A DNA stretch of 61,511 nucleotides, counting the filler, from Sphacelaria rigidula (Eukaryota): NCBI GenBank assembly GCA_964200075.2. It is 7 parts of 7 records of this genome, joined end to end, with 100 filler letters (N's around TTAATTAATTAA, not from the genome) between each part and the next. Parts side by side here need not be neighbours in the genome. Positions count along the whole stretch, not along the records: positions 44,010 to 52,710 come from CAXNAA020010334.1; positions 52,811 to 61,511 come from CAXNAA020010335.1; 5 more parts are not named here. One strand, 5' to 3'. Positions 47,301 to 61,377 of the stretch are shown here, in pieces. The position numbers and the translations under genes were made by a program. Position 1 is the first letter of the stretch. The number at the start of each line of letters is the position of its first letter. A model generated the notes under the pieces. That model saw only the letters and a list, made by a program, of their open reading frames with translations, searched no databases and had not been told where the DNA came from.

Positions 47301-50300
47301 GCGCGATGGTCTGGCGGAAAATATCATTTCCGAGACTCCCCCATCCTCTACATAATCATTGACTCACCGAAGAGCAAACAAAACATGTATTCTCATTTGT
47401 TTTGTGAAGGACCTGGAAGTGCTACGCGACAATCTCACTGGCACCGGCGCGATGGGACTAGTTACACCACTCCAAGCCGGCTACGGGCCATCAGTACCTA
47501 TCGCAGTCAGCATAAACGGTGGCACAGAATGGACACGTCCCGCCGAAGATGTTAGCGGCATCACGAACAACAGCGCCGACAGTGAAGTGCACTTCGAGTA
47601 TCACCCTTCATTTACGCTGGGTTCCCTTTACCCCCTCAGCGGTCCTGCCATAGGGGGTACCCGAGTTACCATTTCACTGTCTGGGGCAGACAACAGCGAA
47701 AACACGACGGAAGCCGCCACCACAAACAGCGCCAACACCACAAACAGCACCGAATCCTCAACCCATTACTCGGATTCCGAGTGGAATTTTTCATTTGATC
47801 CCGTTCGAGACGCCCAGGCCAAGTGCTTCTTCAATCGTACAGCCGTCTCCGCAACTGTGGTTTCGAATACTTCTGTGGACTGTGTTGCGCCGCCCACCAT
47901 AAGAGGGGGTGGGGTATCCCTTGTCCGCGTTGCTGTGAATGGTGTTGACACCAAAGCAAGCGCCAGCACCAGCAGCATCAGTAGCACCAAGGATCCAGTC
48001 AGCGACGATATGTACCAAACGGATGCGTTGAGGTTTGTGTACCTTCCCGATGACAGCGGAATGTCGTTGTTCCCCGCCACCGGACCCGTCGGAGGGGGTA
48101 CGGCCGTGGTGATATCAGGCCGCCATATTGCTGACGCAGCGGCAACGCTATTTTCACTCCAAGCTAGCGATTTTGCTGGGGGCGTTAATGATAGTATCGC
48201 CAATATTTCAGTGAAAAACGCCGACCAGTACCCCTTGCTTTTGTCGCCTTCATCAGTGGTATGCTCGTTCGGTGGGGTATCAACAATGGTCGCTACAGAA
48301 CTGTCTTTCGATTGGGATGGTGCACTGGACGCGGCTACAGGGCTAGAGTACGGCGTTGGGCATATTTTATGTATGTCCCCGCCAGCGGCCAATGGCCAAC
48401 CTTCCGCTGTAGATGTGGAGGTATCATTGAACGGAGGCGAAGATTTCACAAACAGCGGTCAAGTTTTCAACTACAGGCCAGAGGCCCATGTGTCTAGTGT
48501 TGAGCCGGAGTATGGTCCGGTCTCTGGCGAAACTCCTGTGCGAGTCGAAGGGGGACCTTTCCGAGACGAAGGTGCGGGAGTGATTGATCCCACGGCGCGA
48601 ATTACTCGGTGCCGATTTGGGGACTCGGAAGTAAGCGCAACGGTGCACTCGGCGAGCCTGATATCATGTCGAGCACCAGCCTTGCCGACCGTGCCCGAGC
48701 AGCAGGACATAGAGGTGCGTGCAGGAAATACCTCATGGGCACCGTTGCAATATCAGCCTTTACGTGCTACGCCCCCTTCATATAATTTGTAGTTCATTGG
48801 TACCAGTTGTTGGGCGTCTCTTTGACTCCACGGAGCAGCGCTGCTGCTACGCCGGTAACTAGTCCGTATACGCGCCACGGTGGGTGATAAGGTAAGTTAC
48901 AGACGATTCGTGAATTCCCGCGGCGTAAGGACGCACGTAATTATGGAATTATGCCGCTATAGCAGGGATGTTGTAGCGGAGCAAGCGAAAATGCTGCAAT
49001 TGATCATCGTGCCCTTTCACGAATCCTGCTATCATTCGCAAAATTTAGAACAAATAATACACTGCCGGTCGCCCCGGCGGCTCAGTTCGTAAACCCGACA
49101 CCGTCTGACGGTTAAGACGTGGGTTTGAATCTCGGTGAAGTAACACAATCTGAGGGTTTCCCTCATATCATGCTCAACAGTAGAGAGCGACTTTATCGTG
49201 GGTTCACAATGTGCATCTTCACGATTGACGAGGGAAAAGGACAACGGAACGCTTCTCGAGATAGGAATTATGGCAAGCACCGCAGGGGAAGGTGGAGGGC
49301 TAAAACAAAGAAAAATAACAACAACTCCGTGTTGGTCTTCCTCCTGTCTGATCCCTGCTAATGCGCACACATATTCCGAAAGGTGCAGACTCGCGTCTAG
49401 AATATATGGGATGGCAAAACAACACACACATACAACACACCTTGGCTGCACCATCCCCGATGCGACGCTGCATATATTCGAATGCGATCCGAGAGTGGTT
49501 TCACAACAATGTTCTGAATATTTTCGCAACGCAGAGGCCGGAAGCCTCTCTGCTCCACCTTTTTGTGGACACTAGTCGGACCTCATGCACAGCTGGCCAG
49601 ATATAGCTTACACGTTGAGCGGTGGATAACGAAACGCTGACGCCAGGCACAAGCCGTAAAGACTACTAGCGATCAAGACTGTTCTGAGTGGCAGCACATT
49701 AGGGGATCTCTCATTATCTTGAGAGGGCACCACAACCTATCCTTCCTCGTCCCGCGTTTCGTTTCACCGCTACCAACTTGACCGCGCCAGGTGTGGACGC
49801 TTGCTTGGGCTCCCGAAATTCAAACACTATCCATTGTTGCAGACGACGCCAGTCCGGAGGTGTTCAACATATCCACAGGTACCAGCCAAGAGATACTTCC
49901 CGAGGTGCAGATGATCTCCGTTTACTACGACGACGTGGACGAAGTTCAGACGATCACTACGTCTCAGGTAAAGTAGGATAATAGCTCCACACAATGTTGA
50001 CGTCGCTCACGTGAGTAAACAGTAGGTTAGTCAGCAGGAACAAAGGGGTTGGGGACAGGGCATGCTAGAAAAAGCGTACTTTTAGGCTGGTCTTTCCAAC
50101 TTATCCAGGTTGGGTTTTTCAGAGCGGCTTAATTTCCCTTCAAATTCTATAACGACCCAGTTTAGTTGGTACCATGAATGCATGTTTCAGCTGTGACCAA
50201 CCAAAATCATTGGAACCTCATCACCTCTGGGACCCCAGAGATCAGAATAGAAAGACATTCGTGCACGGCCCAGATACAGGACAATCTTCGCCAACTCGAA

Positions 50301-52511
50301 ACCGAACACCATGAAACCACGCACAATGTGCACACATATGAAGGACACAGAGCGATGTACTGATATTGGTCAAACCCTCAAGTTTGTTCTAGCTGCAACA
50401 GACTGCCAAAGGCCAGCTATCGCAACAGGTGGTGCATTTTTTTACGTGTCCAGCGGGTTATCTAGGTCGTGCTTTTTATGCATACCACGCTACCAGCTAC
50501 AATGCATACCTGTATAAGGAGAAAATGAGCGTTGTCGCACGAATGGATGTCCTTGAAATATCATAGTCTTTTTACCACAAGAGCAACTTACATTACGGCG
50601 GACCACCCACCGATGCCTCTTTTCAGAATCTCATGGCGCCGGTGGAGGTTACGGTGTCACTCACCGCCGAGGCCTCGCAGCCAGAGATCCAAGAACTAGT
50701 TCTTTCCGCTGACTACACTCGGGAAGTGCAATCGATAATCATCAAGGCTTTCGCTGATAACGATGCAGCATCTACACCTGCCGCAGAAGTTTCGGAAGTA
50801 CAGCGGGTCACAGTTGAGGTAAGGTTCGATTCGTCCTCCCGTTGCCCGTAAAAAAAGCTGGAATTGCGAGGACTAACAACAGAATCAAGATAACCACACA
50901 CAAGCAATAATGAAAAGATTTTGCGAACGATGAAGTGACCCTATGTACATCTGCGAGCGGGAAACAGGGTCGGAGAGAGAAGAGCGAGACGAGAGGAGCA
51001 GTGAATAGTCGACAGGTTCCATGCTCTAGTTGACGCCACGGAGTACGTCAGAGTACATTTCAACATTAGTTATTGGGAATTCGTGTGTCGAATGCTGGAG
51101 TCCCGAGCGGAAAAAGGAAAATGCTCTTGCTCACCCACACTGCCAAGTGGTCGCCCGAACACACAGCAACGAAAATGACGAGGAAGGTAGAGGGAGGCCT
51201 TAGCGTGCTATTGCTTCGCCGTGACTTGGTTGTTGTGAAATTCATCACGCGTCCTCAAGCACCGGGGCCAAGGGGGTGGAGAAAGGGGACGGGCAGCGGG
51301 TAAAACGTTCGCAGGTCAGATGAACCTACCCGAGTCTACTTCCGACTATGCTAATGCCCCCACGGTGCAGTCCTACGCAGACGTGGCCGAGGACGACGCA
51401 GCGTACGTTTGTGTTGCGTGAGAACCGTGGAACAGTACAAATACGTCAAAGTCGCATGGAGCGCGACGAAGGAGTCACAAGACCCACCTCATGTTAGACT
51501 AAACACTGGCAGAGACGCCGAATATTACGCTCAATGTCTAGGTGAATCTCAAGTGAAATAATTAAGAATCACACATGATAAAATGTGGCTTTGCAAGATA
51601 TCTTGCTGCTTGTTTATAGAAGTTGTTGAACTACCCGTCGCCCGTAGGGTCATCAATACGGAGATGGACAATTTTCACTGGAGCTTCAAGGTGGTGTGGC
51701 TACCGTCCCATTCACGGCCGGATCAGCGGTTCTGCGAGCAGCGATTGAAGCAAATTTGACGATAGCGTCGACAACTTCCGTCTCTTTAGAGGAGGCGTCC
51801 ACCACCTACCGATCATATTTGGTAACGTTTCCGGCAGAGCTCGGAGACGTGTCGACGATGGTCGGGTACGGGAGCAACGGTGTTTCGTCGGTGACCATCA
51901 CGCAAGAAGTGCAAGGCAGTGTTCAGGTAGGAACAAGAGTAGCTCGTGTATGCAAGGTTCGCATCATTTTCGGTCATATGAGGGGTTGAGGAAAGAAGAA
52001 ATCGTTCTCAACATATTCATAGGTACTGAATATTTTCTCCAGAATAACTTGATTCGTTGCTCAATTGGTTTGTCGCGCTGCCGGAGCAAACATGAACCAC
52101 GGCTCGAATGGCTGATGCGGTACTGTGCATTGAAATGGGTTAGATTAACAACGGGATGCGCCGGGCGCTATGGATAACGAGTCAGCGGCCCATCTCTAGT
52201 TCTGTCTTCTCCTCGGTTCACGTCAATAGCACCTGGGCATCACAACTTGACGATCCATGACTTAGCCATGACCGGCAAAGATACAGTGGATTTGCGTTTG
52301 GCATTTCGTTGACGTATGATGCACAGTATCGTTCGGCTCGAAAGTCGTATTTGGTTCGCGGCTTGAATGTCGGGAGCTTGAACTTCGTGCGCATCCAATC
52401 CAGGAGATACAACGCATCGCCCTGAGCGGGGAAGCGGGTGGTGGTACCTTCACCCTGGCGTTTGACAGCGAGTTCACCGGTGCCGTTTCGCATAACGCTT
52501 CGGCTGAAGAG
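44304..52511 (+). CDS. Internal exons of a giant extracellular IPT/TIG-domain repeat protein (partial at both ends)
   Basis: Exons at 44304-44549, 45587-45766, 46767-46898, 47410-48714, 49791-49967, 50627-50818, ~51320-51406 (tentative), 51648-51926 and 52404-52511. Three IPT/TIG starts (LYPLSGPAIGGTRVTI, LFPATGPVGGGTAVVISG, VEPEYGPVSGETPVRVEG), VEVSLNG motifs, and repeated EVQ/EIQ and G.F.L...HNASA..V motifs. Many N-X-S/T sequons. Confidence 0.9.
46485..46677. mobile_element. MITE related to 38721-39054 with telomere-like motif
   Basis: Inverted ends gaaaatttatggtt / aaccatagattttc, core cagaacg.ttttgtc...gaggtct..caacgca...gcctagg shared with 38857-38927, and gggttagggtcagtgttacggttag. Confidence 0.7.
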
Positions 52512-53974
52512 GTGAGAGAAGTCAATGTCGAGCGGTCGTACACGACACTGCGTTGCGTTAATGTGTGAGGCAATACAACACCTGCAAGCGACGCAGTGGT
52601 TACGTGCACGCTAAATCGGGCGGAACGATAATGCCCGTGCCAAAACGTCGCGTTAATGAATTAGTTTTCTTATTTCATCGTGCTTTTGGCCCCTTGTCGC
52701 CCCCGTTCCCNNNNNNNNNNNNNNNNNNNNNNNNNNNNNNNNNNNNNNNNNNNNTTAATTAATTAANNNNNNNNNNNNNNNNNNNNNNNNNNNNNNNNNN
52801 NNNNNNNNNNAACGGGTATGACTAAAATTATCGGTCACATAATTTTTCTTGAATTTTTGTCTTCGCGCGTTTTTTGTTCCTACTTAAAATGTTCCCCCGT
52901 AATGGGTTGTGACCAGTAGATCACCCTGTTTTTCTTGGGTCCGGACGTGATGCACGGTACTGATCCCAGGCTTGTCTACCTAGTAAGTACCTGATATCAT
53001 GCACAACTGCGAATCTGGGCACCAGATGGGGTCAAGCTGACCAATCGTTAATTTTCTGGCATTCCGTGCACCAAAATCGCCCCTTGAAATATATGACACA
53101 ATGTTTCGTGAATTTTCCTAACATGCACCGTTGAAGCTACCAGAAAATGGGCACAGCACTTGAATGTGTTCACGCCTGAAGGGCTTGCGTGCGGGCTACT
53201 TCACCGATGCGAAACCAAATATCATCGAGACAAGCGTACAAGAGATCTCAACCGCTTCAGCCGTGGTCGGCACATCGAAGAAATGAAAAACACCTGGTTG
53301 AAGTATTCGTGAAATATAAGCTGTGAATGAAATACAAACCATGGGGTTGGGGGCACGCGGGGGGGGGGGGGGCACGGGTACCGACCATATCCAGGTAAAG
53401 CTTGCTCCACAGACCAGGGACTTCCAACCGAGATTTTATACAGCAGTTTTGATGTGCTTTATGGGGAACACATTATCGGTGTATGGACTAAAGTAGCCCA
53501 AGTAGAAACCTTCGACGATTTACATACAAGTTGCCCATGCTCGGGGTTTAAGTATCATTCATCTTGTGTATGACTAGCGGAAAAACAACGCTGTACTCAA
53601 GAATGTGGGGGAGGACGTCGGAAGAGGAATGCACTTTGGGATATCACTTCACGTTCCGAGATTGATCTACATGTGAGACAACATATATTACCTCCAGTCT
53701 CAGCCGATTTCTATTGATAACGGCGGCGAGTCCCCGTCCAGCTCACTGTTTACACGTTAACGTTCTTTACACCCTACACTGCCTGTTTTTAGTTGCACCT
53801 TAATTGATGTTTTGTTACATGTTTGGGCTCGTTGGTTGCCAAGTGGCATAGTCCACCGCTCTATGGAACCAGCTGGGGGATTGTGTAACACTGACTGTAT
53901 TCTTTTGCTGGCATGTCTGACCGGTACCTGGTCTTTTTTTCCTTCAACACCCACACAAAAAGTAGAACACTCGC

Positions 53975-56900
53975 CCTCCCCGTCGTGTTGCTCCTCCTCT
54001 TCCTGTGCGCTTGACGTTCCTCGACCTTCAGGCGAAGCGTAGCTGATGCGATCAGTGTCTTGGGAGCTTTCACCGGTCCCTGAGTGTGTTAGGGGTTCAC
54101 GAAAATTACTCCAAACGATACCTTCACTGCGCCGCTGGTGAAACATACCAGGAATTGAAACCTAGTAAGTGAGTCAGGGTGACATCGTACTATGCGTAGG
54201 AATGGCTTATGGTAGAATGTAGACAACGGCGAATTTCTATCTTATTCGAAGTGTAAAAGCAACGTGCTGTACTCCAACCAGCCCACCGAGTAATACCATC
54301 GGATTTCCCGTAGAATTGCACCATTCTTACGGTCCAGTACTAATATGCACATAAAGCACCTTTTTCAGCCCAGTATCATCCACAGTAAAGAGTCGCCACG
54401 CGAAAAATGCTTCCCGAGAAATCAGCCTACGGTGCTCGTTTCGCCACGTGGCCGAAAAATCGATATGGGTCTTCTCCCCTGCACCACTCACCGTCTGAAC
54501 ATGATCCACGCGACAGAGCCTTGAAGCCCTCTGCTCCTACTTGCCGTCTCGGACGTCGCTGTGCGGGGGGGGGCGTTGGGGTGGCAGGTACCAGCGGTTC
54601 GCTGCTCTTGGCGCTGCTGTTGCAACCCTTGCCCCGTGAACGGTTCGCAGACTCTTTCTGTGGAGAACTTTGGGGGCGGTTGGCAAATGATTCCCCGGAG
54701 GAACTAGTGGACCGACTCGTAGATTTTTCCTGTGGCGCAGTAGTAGCTGATGTAGCGCCGGTTGTTGTGGAATCACTGCGCGACCTCGTACTGGGCGTCG
54801 ACAACGACATGTCCTACAAGAAGAGGGTGCCCGTGTTTTGAATGGAATAATGGGCCCGGTGGCAAGAGGGAATTCGGGAGAAGCTTGGCCACGCTCTTGA
54901 CGAAAAAAATGGTTCCCGCCTCCTTCCAAATTAAAGCCCGGTAGTATCAATAGTAACCGACACAACGATGGCGCTGACAGCTAATACTCGGCGCGATAAA
55001 GAAGATCGCCATCAACTGCAGTTCGGCTAGTGGCACTACAAACGAATGCGATCGTGAGCACGCGGGTAAAACTATCGCCTGATTTATTCCACGTCTCTTG
55101 AGCCGTGATGTACTTGGGTGTCTATACTTCGGCAGGGGAAATAGAACACTGCGCTGAAATCCGGATTCAGTGCTTCAGTCGCATCGGCACCCAAAAATGA
55201 GTGCCCTCCATTATCGTGCATGGTACCAGAGTAACGTACCAGTGTCACTGGCACCTCAGGTACCACTAGCACCTGCCAAGGCCCACTCACCCTACCACTA
55301 ACAATAACCCTGACCCTAACTTCAACTGTAACCCCGACCCTGACCCTGACACCGACCCGTCTCCTGGCGCCAACCCGAATCGAATCGGACTGTCATACCC
55401 GTTCTAAACGTTGCGTTTGCCGCATATCGCCACATTTTCCGACTCTCAAAGTGGCACTGGCACCATGGACTGTGGATGGATGACTGTACCATGATTTCAA
55501 ACAGACCACCACCGTCGCGATGGGTGCCTATGCGGCGGGAGTAAGTATATGCATGCGGTTTTGTTGACGTGAAGTGATGAATCTATAGCTTGACCCGTAG
55601 TAAATCATATATTCTTTGATATGATAGTACAGACGGTTCACCATCCCGCACAAGATACTAAGGTGATACCAGGTAACTGAGAACACAACTGTCTATAACT
55701 TAGCGGGCGATATCTTGAAGAGACAGTGGCGCGCACGCTCATGACTACTCCAGCAAAAAACAGAGTCATGAACGTCATTTACTGAAGTGAACGGCTCATT
55801 CATAGACAAACTTATACCACGCAAATCGTATGAATACAAACCTGTGTATCGCTATTCAGTGGGGAATTGAGTGATGTTTTTTCGATGCGGGGGATCGAAG
55901 GCTGCAGAGTTCTTTGACAACGTGTGGGGACGGTGTTCGACTATATCTACACACTAGGGAACAACTCGAACATGGCGCCACACTATTGTGTGAGGCGCAT
56001 TTCCAACCAGCTTAAATGGTACCACCAAAAACGATTCCCAGATTCTGAACCTATCCCGCGTTCACCATGATCGTCAACACAGTCCTTCTTGTACGGACCT
56101 GCGTAAGCAGGAGCAACAAGTATCGTATTGAGAGAATCGTGCAGCAAGAAAGGCACCAGCGGGGCACGTAAACCTTGAAATGTGCGTACAACAAGCGTAT
56201 GCGCACCTTCTCCGGTTTGGGGGTGGAACGAGTAGTTCTTCCGTACGTCGGCAACAGATCCAGCTGGCGTGGAGGTTCGATCCACGAATCCCCCACCTCT
56301 TCCCACCGCCCTTCTACCCAGCCTTGCTCATCGTTCGCAGCGAGATGAGAACGGTCTCGACCATCGTCACTCGTGCGTCCCTCGGCGATGCGCCTAGTAG
56401 AGTTCACCGCCTGGTACGTGGCGGTGGTACAAGCGTAGTCATTGTCACGTCACCGTACCACTCCATCTCAACGGAAGTATCCGTAAGAGCGAGCTACTCG
56501 TTGGTGGGCTGTCGGGGGCAATAGAGAGGGAACGCGCCATGAGGACGGCGGTTATGGCCCCCAAGACGAGAACCCGTCGCCTCAGCATTGAACGCTTGTT
56601 TCAAGAGTACGGTACGGTACGTGTGAGCGATGCGCACGAGAATGGGACGCATGCCTTGAGCCACCTCTTGCGCGAAGGAGCACTTTGAGGCCATACTACC
56701 GGTAGCAAATCCCCTTCGAGGGGTCAAAATACGACTGTGACAACGCTCGTACCCAAGTGCTCATAAAAAAGGTGCTGGATTGCATAGCTATCCATGAATT
56801 TTTTTTTTCCGAGTCGCAATCAATGTCGCTGTCGTCAGATCATCCATGCGCGGGTGTCAAATGCGCGACGTTATGGCCACAGAGCTGTTGAAGAAGGGGC

Positions 56901-59900
56901 CCAGGGAAAAAAGCGATCATCGATCGTATCCAGAGTATCCATCGCCTGGGGAAATGACTATATGTTTGGCATCCCATGCGGATCATGTTCGCTTTCGTGG
57001 CATCGTGATTATGGGAACGAGAGAATTGAACACAAGCATAACGAAACGAAACAAAGCGGGATGGAGGAAGAAACCCGGAGGAGTCGGGAAATGAAAACAA
57101 GTGAGGCGCATGAGCTGGGTTCGCGGCGAATTGAACACGCCACGAAGCTGGAAATGACGTCAGCCATGATATGTAGAGCAGATCCGTCAAGACTCGTAAG
57201 GGGTTACTTCCTTGCTTCCTAATAGAGTGAACCGGGTGACCGTCGTGGCCACGCACTCCACGACCTGGACCAGCCTAAACATGTGCATATCCCGGGCACA
57301 CAGTAACTGTTTCAGCTCCCCGAATAGCCCGATATAAGTATACCGCTGTGAACTGCAGACCGACCTGTTAATAAACGCTCTGCCGCTGAAAATAAATGAA
57401 AAAAAAGGACTGCATAATATGTAACCTCGACGAGAGAACCAGATTTTGCGGGGGGGAGTAAGAGTATGTGGCGGGAGTCGAACTCGTGACCTTCATAACT
57501 GGAGGCTCTTGTATCACTTACATTGCCGGGGCGCAGCGATTCCACACAAAACGTTGCATACGCAACCCAATATCGGGGGTCTTGAGTCGGAACCTTACAG
57601 AGATCTGCGCGTAAAGTGGAAGTTCGTGTGACGGAAGCGACAACTGCTTTTCGTGTTCTCATGGACTTATGGCCCTATCGTTTTTTGCTAAAACTGAAAC
57701 TCGCTCCAACTTTCTGCTTTCCGTTTTTTCATCGTTGCTTCGGAAATGTTCGGCGCATTGTTTGTATAAGTCTCGGGTCAAAATTTCAGCTCCTAACTCC
57801 TAAAATCAAGCTGCGCGTAACTGTTCAACAGCCAATAGGGCCTCTTGACTGATCCACCTCACAACCGGGCGTAAGCACCCACCACGACTTCAGACTACTC
57901 TACAGCAGTACGACAGTTAGCGGGGCAGCAGGGTGGTCTTACAAGCGCGTCCATCATATACCTTCCGGGCGCTATCGCCATCTCCAGCTTCAGGGTTTGT
58001 TGCTTGTACTGTGGCAGCAAACACCGTAGGTGCTGTGCCGGTAGTGGTGGCATTTCGCTTCTTGCGTGAGGATGATTTTCGCCGTTGGGGAGACTCCGGT
58101 GGCACAGCGGCAAGTATGTTTTGCTAATGGATGGATCGGAAACATGCAGGACGAAACCGAAGGACAAGAGACGGGAACACAAAACCGAACGGAGTAGAGG
58201 GGACCGGAAAGGGGCGAGAGTGATAGCAAACATGGCTTGACCTTGGTTCACATCGTAACAAATACGCAAAAGGCATTAAATCCGCTTGAACTTCGCGAGC
58301 CCAGCTGCCAATATCATGTGTCAATTTTGTACTGAAGAAATGGTATGGGGAACAGGTACGGCGGTAATTGGGTCCACACTCCCGCACACCTAATCAACGT
58401 TTCGAGGATGCTTCGTCCGAACCCGGTAAAGCAGGTTACCATTCGACCCTGTTGCATGCGTGATTGATCGAGGATATCCCTGAAATCATGTAGCGAGAAA
58501 TGGCGACAAAGCCGAGTCCTACCTCCGCGCTCATATCGTTCCGGTCTAACGGCCCCGCAAATGCTACTACCCCTGCGGTGCAATGCTTCCGGTACGGCGA
58601 AACGACGAACCTGCTGATATCTGCGTACACAGCCTACACATACAAAAAATGAAAAGTATCCGTCAGTCCTGCATCGCCCCTTTTGTTCTCATCCGAGTGA
58701 AATCGCCCCACCACGCCGTCGTATTTATCGTGGCGTACACCCGATTGCGCATCCAGGGAAAAAAACTTGCCTGCTTATGAGTATGGCAGGAGGACAAAGC
58801 TTTGCGAGTGGTCTTGGAATCAATCTTACGCACGGTACCGCCATCTCTCTCCTGCTTCCTAGGTGCTGTCGAGGTTGCCGCTGAATTTCCGCGGGGGATG
58901 CACCGCCCGCCTGATAAACCGGGCGATGCCTGCAGGGTTTACATGATAAAACAAGATTCAACTGGCGGTGACAATGCGTGACTTCTTTTCAGCTCAGGGG
59001 ATGCGATACTTTCGTGCCACGTCCACTTTTTCGAAAAACCCATAGGCATACTTGCTGCAACATATGCTTGATGAACCTGTAGAAGTTCTGGCGCAATGAT
59101 AATTGTCCCAGAAAAGACGCGCGTTCAGGTTTATCTGGTGGGAAAGTATATTGTTGCGATCAAGTGTATCCTGCCTTCAAAAGCTGAGATGTCGATATAT
59201 CCATGGATGCATATAGGATTCATATATGCGACTTGTCGAGCGGTATCATCGGAATGTCAATCTGCCCCGTATATCATTTACTTGTTTGTGGATAAACACA
59301 GGCGAACACTCCTGCTTCGCGAGTGCGCTTACCCGCACGTCCCGTGCGCTTTTCGCCATGCTGGTCTTGGAAACTTTGTGGTGGCGCTCACGTGCCACCG
59401 TCGAGCGAAGGTAGCTGAGTGCCTGAACGCAAGTGGAGCGTGACGTGCTGGTGAAGCAAAAAATTCTGCTGATGTATGGTAGGGACGAATCCATGTAGTC
59501 ATAGTCCGATATGGAACCAATAGCAGGTCCGTCTTAGCGATGTTTTATTGGATAATCAAAGGGCGTGAGACCACGTGCTACACACATTACCACGCACTTA
59601 TGCACAAAACAGGAGAGGTCAAAGGTTAATTGTAGCACACCTTTACGCTACCATACAATCGTACTCGGGAGCATTGCTTCTTCGGCCCCCAAAGGCTGAT
59701 ACTGGCCGCTTTTCGACGCAAAAGTTTTGCCTTGAAGTAAGGTTGTCAAGACACACATGAAGTCGAATCCCCCCATTCGTTGCGCCTTGCTATGATTGAA
59801 CTTATTTCCCATCCCCTACTACGCGACAAGAACGGTGCAAACACGCCTTTCCCCGGTCGAGGCCTCGCCCTGCTGCGCTGGCATAACGCACCTTGCGCAA

Positions 59901-60935
59901 GTGGATGAAGTCTCTGGCGACGCCTCCGAGTCGTATCACCAGTATACAGCGCTCACCGCCCGTGGTCTCGCTGGGGGGCATCTCCGCGACCCGGGAAAGG
60001 GCGGGACACTGGAGAAAAAACAAGAGCGGCAGCATGGTTGTGTCGTGGTAGGCTTCAGCTTCCGCCACTTGGGACAATCCGGATCTCAACCGGGCAATAG
60101 GATGCAACTACGACTCAATCGCGTTGGTAAAATGCAAGGATATAACTCTGGACGATGTCCATGTACTGTTATCTTGTGGGACAGCACGCATGAGCTACCG
60201 CCAGGAGTTAGCGCTAGGAGCTGGCGCTTGGGTTGCATCAGCGTTAGGTTTCGCTATGAGATAAGCAAGAGCATTGGAGACCAAACGTGCGGTTCCTTCT
60301 CTCTTTCGCCACGGCCTGGATATATCTGCAATATGTGCGCACAAGGCGTGAACCCACCTCTGTGAATGGGACCTCGATGCGCAGGGATCGCGTGCTTACT
60401 AGCTCCCTACTTGACGCGGCGACGACCTCGGCAGGTATACTGAGAAACACCGCCCCCGTGGCGGTTTCATAGCCTTTTCCGCCATTTCCGGTACCTTTTT
60501 GGTACACCTTAAACGTGCAGTGATGAAGTCAGTGGATCGTAGGATGCATATGACAACTCAATATGTCAATATGCTGCGCTGTCAAGGTGTGAAACGGTTT
60601 GGCAGATTCCTACGCAAAAGATGTAGCTGATTCGGTGGCCCATCGGTCGTGTAACTTGCCAAGAAACACCATGCTGTGAAATCATTGTTGAGAAGTGTTG
60701 TTAGGACTGCTCTACGTAGATTTCGTCTGCAAATGATGGGGGAAAGAGCGGGGCACGTATGTATAGCTCGCCAAAAGTACCTTGCACTTAGCTCTGTTCG
60801 CTGCGTTCCGTCAGACTATGCAGGGTCAAACTCGATTGTTAGTCTCACTTTCAATGTGACAGAATCGCTTCCGACATCCAGCCACTCCACCTCGCCAATT
60901 GCTCGTTCGCAGCCAAGTCCTGCCCAATCGGTCAC
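53975..60935 (-). CDS. Candidate multi-exon gene of unknown function (partial; may be more than one gene)
   Basis: GT-AG exon-like blocks at 60849-60935, 60400-60507 and 59892-60008 (these three join in phase 0), then 59333-59447, 58830-58910, 58523-58610, 57962-58123, 57522-57604, and Ser/Thr-rich 54541-54813 and ~53975-54161. Not all phases could be reconciled. Confidence 0.5.
55289..55378 (+). repeat. Degenerate (CCCTAA)-like hexamer tract
   Basis: accctaccactaacaataaccctgaccctaacttcaactgtaaccccgaccctgaccctgacaccgaccc. Confidence 0.7.
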
Positions 60936-61139
60936 CTGCCACCAAAGTATACAACAAAAACACGAGAGGGGGGAGAGACGCACGCAAAGATAGAAACACA
61001 TAGAGGAACAAGTAGGCAAAAAGAGACAAGAGATAGACGGGGACGTACGAACAGTCACGAACACCGATACAGGAATGGAGAGAGGGAGCGAGCAAGGGCA
61101 AAAAGCCAGGCAGGAAAGCAGGTCGGCAAGTAGGCAGGC

Positions 61140-61300
61140 AGATGCACACAGGCACAAAGACAAACAGACACGACGCACAGACGCACAGACACCAACACAC
61201 AGGCACACACAGAAACACAGAGACGCACAGACAGACGCACAGATAGATAAACACATAGACACACGGATAAAAAACACACACAGACACACACAGACAGACA
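61140..61300. repeat. Degenerate (GACA/CACA)n microsatellite
   Basis: Visible acag/acac run, which explains the spurious CV-rich ORFs here. Confidence 0.9.
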
Positions 61301-61377
61301 AGAAAAAAAAGGAGACACGAAGAACGCCGGACGCATGTCGGGTTTGCGATTTCGGTGGTTCCCAGGTGAGTCTTTTT

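Noticed and set aside
55289-55378. True chromosome end
   Set aside because: The tract is short, degenerate and internal to the contig.
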